Under the pieces are notes generated by a model, which made no database searches, had not been told where the DNA came from, and saw only the letters and a list, made by a program, of their open reading frames with translations. Made by a program: the position numbers and the translations under genes. This document shows positions 6,545 to 11,518 of a stretch of 11,518 nucleotides of DNA, piece by piece (position 1 is the stretch's first letter; each line of letters begins with the position of its first letter). This DNA is from Caldisericaceae bacterium (GTDB taxonomy: Bacteria; Caldisericota; Caldisericia; Caldisericales; Caldisericaceae), in contig JBMFRX010000024.1 in the NCBI GenBank assembly GCA_049967855.1, positions 1 to 11,518 of the forward strand, written 5' to 3'.

Positions 6545-8449
6545 TTATAATCTCATTCCCACTGCATAGCCGTCTCTAACTGCCTCAACAATTTTGGAGA
6601 CTTTTACAGCGTCTCCTATTCTGTAAGACGGTATAGGCATCTGTTCAAAAAATGAAGTCCTTCCTCCAAATGCTATGACAAAAATGTCAAAACTGATTTC
6701 CCTTTCAACACCATTGTTTATAAACTTCACGCTATTTTCGCTAAGGCTTTGAATCTTAGATTTTGCTAGAATCTCGACTTTGTGCTCGTTAAGTTCAGTC
6801 AACAGATGTTTTCGGCTTAGTGTTTCCATTCCAATTGCTACATCATCGAGCATCTCAATTATTGTAACTGCATTGCCGTTTTCAGCAAGGTATAAAGCAG
6901 TTTCACATCCGATAAGCCCTCCGCCTCCAACAACTATTTTCTTTGATTTTGAAGTTTCTTTTGTAAGGGCGTCTTTATAAAGAATAACATTTGGTCCGTC
7001 AATTCCAGGTATCCGCAAAATTAATGGTTCTGAACCAATTGCCAGAATAACTTCGTCTGGATTCTCCTGCAAAACCGTTTCTTTGTCAGCCTTTATTCCA
7101 AGCCTTACGTCGACTCTTAACCTTGCCAATTCGTTTTTGTAATAATCAACAAGCCAATTTATTTTTTCTTTTCCAGGTGGAATTGAGGCGAGATTTAAAG
7201 CACCGCCTATTTTATCTTCCTTCTCGAGCAATACTACGTTGTGGCCTCTTAAAGTCAAAACTCTCGATGCCTCCAGCCCCGCAGGCCCTGCTCCGACAAC
7301 AACTACTTTCTTCTTATTTAAGGCAGGAATAAGATTTGCATAAGACTCGCTCTTGCCAACATTTGGATTGACACCGCATCTGATTGCTGTACCGAGAACA
7401 TGTCTCGACATAATACACTCTGAACAGCCGATGCATTTTCTGATTGATTCAACTTTTCCGTACATCGCTTTTATAGGCCAATCAGGGTCAGCAATTAGAG
7501 TCCTACCAAGAGCAACTATGTCTGAAACACCATTCACAAGTAGCTGTTCAGCAAAGTCAGGCTCTCTAATGACGCCAACTGCTGCAACAGGGATTTTTAA
7601 GCCTTCGTCCTTCAGAACTTTGGCAAATCCTGAACGCCAGCCTTCAGCATAGGACATAGGTTCAAGGCGCTTTTCTTTGTCTCCCAATCCAACGTCGGCA
7701 TGCACATATGCATAACCGTATTCCTCAAATTTCTTAGCTATTAAGGTTCCCTCTCCTTCGGGAGTAATACCTCCTGTAATAAATTCCATCACACCAAGGC
7801 GTGCGGAAACGGTAAAATCCCTCCCGCACAATTCTTTTATCCTGTCTATTAGGAGTTTTGCAAAGCGTGTTCTATTATCAAGTGAGCCACCAAAATCATC
7901 TGTCCTTGTATTTGTAAGAGGTGATAAAAATTGTTCAACAAGAAGTCCATGAGCGGCTTCTATTTCAACGCCATCAAAACCTGATTTTTTTGCAATTAAA
8001 GCTGCATTAGCGAATTTCATTGCAATAGCATCAATTTCTTCAGTGTTTAATACGTGCGGTTTGACTCGATCGCTTCGCAGGGGTACATCGGATGGTGCAA
8101 AGACAGGAAAATTGGTTCCGTAGAGTCCTTGATGAGTGAGTTCTATGAATGCGAATGCTCCATATTTGTGGATTTCTTCTGTAAGTCTGCTTAGACCTGG
8201 TATGTATTCCTCTTTATCAAGCCTTGGTTGTGTTGCGCCTTCCATAGTTGTGGGATAATCGATGCAAGCATTTTCAACTGTGACTATGGCAGCGCCTCCT
8301 TTTGCACGCATAGCATAGTGATAAATAAAATCGTCTGTAGCTTCACCTGTTACTGACGCAAGATTAGTAGAAACGGGTGCAAATATAATCCTATTCCTTA
8401 GGACTAAGTTGCCTACCCTGATTGGAGAAAAAAGTTTTTCAAATTCCAT
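6545..8449 (-). CDS. NADH:flavin oxidoreductase, Old Yellow Enzyme family with 4Fe-4S and FAD/NAD(P) domains (FadH/BaiH/NADH-oxidase-like architecture)
   Basis: LFSPIRVG..LRNRI; GFDGVEI..AHG; QFLSPLTNTRTDDFGGSLDNR; GRTLIADPDW; Fe-S motif CIGCSEC-x11-C (CGVNP); Rossmann motifs VGAGPAG and GGGLIGCE; GDA near the C-terminus. RBS GAGAGG at 8457-8462. Confidence 0.93.
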   Translation of the reverse strand: MEFEKLFSPIRVGNLVLRNRIIFAPVSTNLASVTGEATDDFIYHYAMRAKGGAAIVTVENACIDYPTTMEGATQPRLDKEEYIPGLSRLTEEIHKYGAFAFIELTHQGLYGTNFPVFAPSDVPLRSDRVKPHVLNTEEIDAIAMKFANAALIAKKSGFDGVEIEAAHGLLVEQFLSPLTNTRTDDFGGSLDNRTRFAKLLIDRIKELCGRDFTVSARLGVMEFITGGITPEGEGTLIAKKFEEYGYAYVHADVGLGDKEKRLEPMSYAEGWRSGFAKVLKDEGLKIPVAAVGVIREPDFAEQLLVNGVSDIVALGRTLIADPDWPIKAMYGKVESIRKCIGCSECIMSRHVLGTAIRCGVNPNVGKSESYANLIPALNKKKVVVVGAGPAGLEASRVLTLRGHNVVLLEKEDKIGGALNLASIPPGKEKINWLVDYYKNELARLRVDVRLGIKADKETVLQENPDEVILAIGSEPLILRIPGIDGPNVILYKDALTKETSKSKKIVVGGGGLIGCETALYLAENGNAVTIIEMLDDVAIGMETLSRKHLLTELNEHKVEILAKSKIQSLSENSVKFINNGVEREISFDIFVIAFGGRTSFFEQMPIPSYRIGDAVKVSKIVEAVRDGYAVGMRL

Positions 8450-8489
8450 TTTTTAGCCTCTCTTTCATTTATAACTTATCCAGTTGCTT

Positions 8490-8498
8490 ATTATAGCA
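8490..8498 (-). promoter_or_regulatory. Extended -10 promoter (TGcTATAAT) for the oxidoreductase operon
   Basis: Perfect TGnTATAAT on the minus strand, 40 bp upstream of ATG 8449. No good -35 element. Confidence 0.55.
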
Positions 8499-8614
8499 CT
8501 AATTGGCCAAAAATAAATTCATTTTGCAATTTCCCGTTGCAAGGCTGTGTCTCTGTTGCAAATAATCTGAAATAGAATAGCGACCGCCGAAGGAAACTGT
8601 TTCCGACCAACAAC

Positions 8615-8642
8615 TTGACAGATTAAGAAAGAAGTTTAAAAT
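8615..8642 (+). promoter_or_regulatory. sigma70 promoter directly abutting the MFS start codon
   Basis: TTGACA (8615-8620) - 16 bp - TAAAAT (8637-8642) - 6 nt - GTG 8649. Confidence 0.65.
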
Positions 8643-8648
8643 TCCATT

Positions 8649-9809
8649 GTGGATAAAAATAAAAAGTACATTACACTAATGGTTATATTTAGATTGTTCA
8701 GAAGCCTTTCTGCTGGAATGATTGCAATTGCTTTCCCTTACAGGATTCTTGTTGACCTCAAGTACAGTACTTCCACTCTCGGATTGATTTACACGACTGC
8801 AACTATTGCTACCGCGATTTTTGGTTTATTATTTGGTTTCTTAGCCGATATCTACAGCAAGAAGATTACCCTACTGATGGCTGCGGTGCTCTTACCGTTG
8901 AGTGCCATCTTAATATTTTCATCAAATAACTTGTTTCTGCTTTTTGTTGCAGCAATGCTTGGAGGAATATCCGCAACAGGGTCAACATCGGGAGGAGGAG
9001 TAGGTGGAGCAGCTGCGCCAATACAGAACGCCATTATTACAGATTTAACAACGCCTCAAGAGAGAACGTTTTATTTTTCTTTGCTAATGTTCCTTGGTAG
9101 CATTATCGCTGCGTTAGGTTCATTGGCAGCAAGATTCCTTTCGAACAAAGACATATTCTTGTTGGCGGCTTTATTATCACTATGTTCTGCTTTAGCAGTA
9201 GCTCCAATAAAGCTCGCAAGACCGGTGAACCACGAAAATAAATTCGCTCTTAAAAGCGCTCTCACAATAGGTAAATTCACCTTAACTGGGATGCTTAATG
9301 GCCTGAGTCAGGGTCTGGTAACACCATTCCTGATTCCCTTTTTTGTTATCACATTTAAAATAACAGAATCTGTAATGGCTAATTATGCTTTCATTAGCGG
9401 AATCATCGCTTCATTTGCGCTCTTAGCTGCGCCATACCTAAAAAGGCGTTTTGGTTTCCTTAGAAGCATTATTATGACAAGAGGACTTGGGACGACACTA
9501 GCTGTAATTATGCCGATATTCAGGATATTGCCAGTTTCTCTGTTCATATATTTTTCAATGCCAGCATTAAGAGTAATGGCTCTGCCTGTGCAACAGTCTG
9601 CTATGACTGATATGGTCGATTCTGAAGAGGTTGGCAGGGCATTGGGCGTAAATCAAGTTACACGTCTTGCTTCGTCTTCTTTAGGGACTCTGTTCTCTGG
9701 TTATATGTTTGACATTTCGGAGATAGGTTTGCCGTTTTATACATACGGGGCAGTTATGGGAATTAACATTTTTCTCTATTACAAATTTTTTAAGGACTCA
9801 AAAGAATAG
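8649..9809 (+). CDS. MFS transporter
   Basis: 386 aa, about 12 TM segments, motif A-like GFLADIYSKK, Gly-rich GGGVGGAAAP, second-half LKRRFG and EEVGRALG. Confidence 0.9.
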   Translation: MDKNKKYITLMVIFRLFRSLSAGMIAIAFPYRILVDLKYSTSTLGLIYTTATIATAIFGLLFGFLADIYSKKITLLMAAVLLPLSAILIFSSNNLFLLFVAAMLGGISATGSTSGGGVGGAAAPIQNAIITDLTTPQERTFYFSLLMFLGSIIAALGSLAARFLSNKDIFLLAALLSLCSALAVAPIKLARPVNHENKFALKSALTIGKFTLTGMLNGLSQGLVTPFLIPFFVITFKITESVMANYAFISGIIASFALLAAPYLKRRFGFLRSIIMTRGLGTTLAVIMPIFRILPVSLFIYFSMPALRVMALPVQQSAMTDMVDSEEVGRALGVNQVTRLASSSLGTLFSGYMFDISEIGLPFYTYGAVMGINIFLYYKFFKDSKE

Positions 9810-9825
9810 TCAAATAAAATAATCT

Positions 9826-9852
9826 TTGAAAATGGCTCTGAAGTGTTAAAAT
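9826..9852 (+). promoter_or_regulatory. Extended -10 promoter abutting the glycosyltransferase start codon
   Basis: TG-T-TAAAAT (9844-9852) - 6 nt - ATG 9859. TTGAAA at 9826-9831 has a short 15-bp spacer. Confidence 0.55.
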
Positions 9853-9858
9853 ATTGTT

Positions 9859-10950
9859 ATGGAAGCTATAAAAATTTATTTTGGTATTTTTGGCTATCTG
9901 TTTTTGTTTTTGATTACCTTTATGATCCTTTTAGGCAAGTCTTCTAAGAAATTGCCTGTCAAGAAGAAATACTCTTTTGACAAATTCATAGCAGTTATCC
10001 CTGCTCACAACGAAGAAAGAGTAATATCAAATTCTATATTATCCTGTGAGAGGGCAGGTTTCGACAAGGTGATTGTGATACTTGACAGCTGTACAGATGG
10101 TACTCCTACTATTGCAAGCAAGCTTGGATGCGATACTATTGTTACTGACTTAAAGTCAAAAGGCAAATCTTTGACTTATGCAATTCCGTTAATTACCAAG
10201 CAATACGGTGAAAATTCTTTTTATATGATTTTTGATGCCGACAATGTTGTTGATGAAGACTATGTGAGAAAAGTAAAGGAGTATGTAGAGACTTATCCCT
10301 TAATCCAAACAAATCTATACAATCTGAATACCAGCGGCATTATCCCAAGGATGTACATTATTATGGATGCGATTTATCTTCGTATCCAGAAGGCGCTGAC
10401 TCTCTTAGGGATTTCCTCGATTATTTCAGGATACGGATGGGGTGCATACGGCTGGGTGTTCAGTAGATACAAATTTGAATGCAGTTCTGTCCTTGAGGAT
10501 TTTGAGTATACTGTTAAAATACCATTGAAGGTTGTATTTATAAGCGATGCAACTGTGAGAGATGAAAAACCTACTGAGTTCTTGCCTTCTTTCAGACAAA
10601 GACTGCGCTGGTACAGAGGATATTTCTACACGGTTTTCAAGGAGAAAGGTGCTGCAAAGAATGTTTTTACTGTCCCACTTATTTTGGTTTCTGCCTTAGG
10701 CATTTTGAGTTTTCTTATATCTCTTCCAGAACCACTTTATCTGTCTATCCCGCTGGTTGTATTTGCTATTCACACGTTTATTTTTCTGCTCTCTCTTAAT
10801 AAAATGGAATTGAAAGACGTTAAGCGTTTTGATATTTTTCTGATGTTTTTCTTCAATATGACAAATCTATACGCAATTCTACTTGCTATGTTTACTTCAA
10901 ACAAAACTGACTGGACAAAAACGTCTCACGTTTATAAAGCGAATATCTAA
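9859..10950 (+). CDS. Membrane-bound glycosyltransferase family 2 (CesA-like superfamily)
   Basis: N-terminal TM segment, IPAHNEE, DSCTDGT, KGKSL, DxD (FDADN), LED, QRLRW (QxxRW), and C-terminal TM helices ending W.KT.H. Confidence 0.92.
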   Translation: MEAIKIYFGIFGYLFLFLITFMILLGKSSKKLPVKKKYSFDKFIAVIPAHNEERVISNSILSCERAGFDKVIVILDSCTDGTPTIASKLGCDTIVTDLKSKGKSLTYAIPLITKQYGENSFYMIFDADNVVDEDYVRKVKEYVETYPLIQTNLYNLNTSGIIPRMYIIMDAIYLRIQKALTLLGISSIISGYGWGAYGWVFSRYKFECSSVLEDFEYTVKIPLKVVFISDATVRDEKPTEFLPSFRQRLRWYRGYFYTVFKEKGAAKNVFTVPLILVSALGILSFLISLPEPLYLSIPLVVFAIHTFIFLLSLNKMELKDVKRFDIFLMFFFNMTNLYAILLAMFTSNKTDWTKTSHVYKANI

Positions 10951-11074
10951 ATTTTTTGATAGGTAATTTTTACTTCGCTTTCATTTCCCTTGTAATCATA
11001 GGTCTCCTTCTACAAATTTCCCTCTTTTTGCTGCGCTTCATTTTTTCTCTGTCACTTCGAGTTTCCTTTTTCTT

Positions 11075-11106
11075 TGTCGTCCCGAAAAGTTGTTCTGAGG
11101 GATCTC
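11075..11106. repeat. Degenerate REP-like palindromic unit
   Basis: TGTCGTCCCGAAAAGTTGTTCTGAGGGATCTC has TCCC/GGGA and GAA/TTC arms. It resembles the recalled TGTCATCCTGAGC...GAAGGATCT class of intergenic repeats. Related starts occur at 11050 (TGTCACTTCGAG) and 11506 (TGTCACCCTGAGC). Confidence 0.4.
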
Positions 11107-11518
11107 CGTCTTTTCTTTGCCAGTGCATTTTTTGTCAAGCCGAAATCTCAACAAAGAAAGCCATACAGGCTAGTATTTATGCGTATTTACAGGAGCATTG
11201 CGTATGACACGAGCTAGTGGCCTTCCAAGAGGAGGTAATTTTGGATAGTATAAAAGTACCAAATGAGACGATTTTGCACGAAATAGCCCTATAAAACCTA
11301 TGGGTGAAAAACAAGGTATAATGCTACTTTCTGGCTAAAACACCTGAGAAGCAAGTATTTTTGAAAGTGGCAGAGTTACCCATATCGAAAGAAAGTGGCT
11401 TAAAATCATCATTCTCCAAAACGTGTTTTTGAGCAAAAAACTGTAAAAAAATGCGGAAAAAAATACTTGTGGTTTTATAAGGCTTATAGTTGTGGGTGGC
11501 CTCCTTGTCACCCTGAGC

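Noticed and set aside
8560..8614. Possible riboswitch upstream of the MFS gene
   Set aside because: No recognisable aptamer consensus, and it lies upstream of the predicted promoter, so it would not be in that transcript.
1319..9280. Remaining short ORFs nested in or antisense to the large CDSs
   Set aside because: They are fully overlapped by well-supported genes and show no recognisable motifs.
10956..11207. 83-aa plus-strand ORF, and a 52-aa basic minus-strand ORF (about 10970-11128)
   Set aside because: Their Phe/Leu/Ser-rich and Lys/Arg/Glu-rich compositions follow from the pyrimidine/purine strand skew. Neither has a clear RBS and both cross REP-like units.

Overview
AT-rich bacterial window with three parts. 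(1) 1-5030, minus strand: a Type I restriction-modification locus reading promoter -> 36-codon truncated hsdM N-terminal remnant -> intact EcoEI/EcoAI-like hsdR -> an inserted DUF4062(TIR-like)/HATPase_c_4 (GHKL-like)/winged-HTH gene -> a short TATGCGCCA repeat array -> hsdS, which runs off the left edge. The hsdM remnant and hsdS are absent from the ORF track, and no full-length hsdM is visible. (2) 5117-8449, minus strand: a likely operon of an OYE-family Fe-S flavoprotein oxidoreductase with a non-canonical active-site motif, a 90-aa hypothetical protein and an MFS transporter. (3) 8649-10950, plus strand: an MFS transporter and a membrane GT2 glycosyltransferase, both apparently leaderless, followed by a non-coding tail with degenerate REP-like units. 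The best candidate for an undescribed system is the TIR-like/ATPase/wHTH gene and its repeat array embedded between hsdR and hsdS, a position like that of prrC. All family calls come from motif recognition by eye; no database searches were run.
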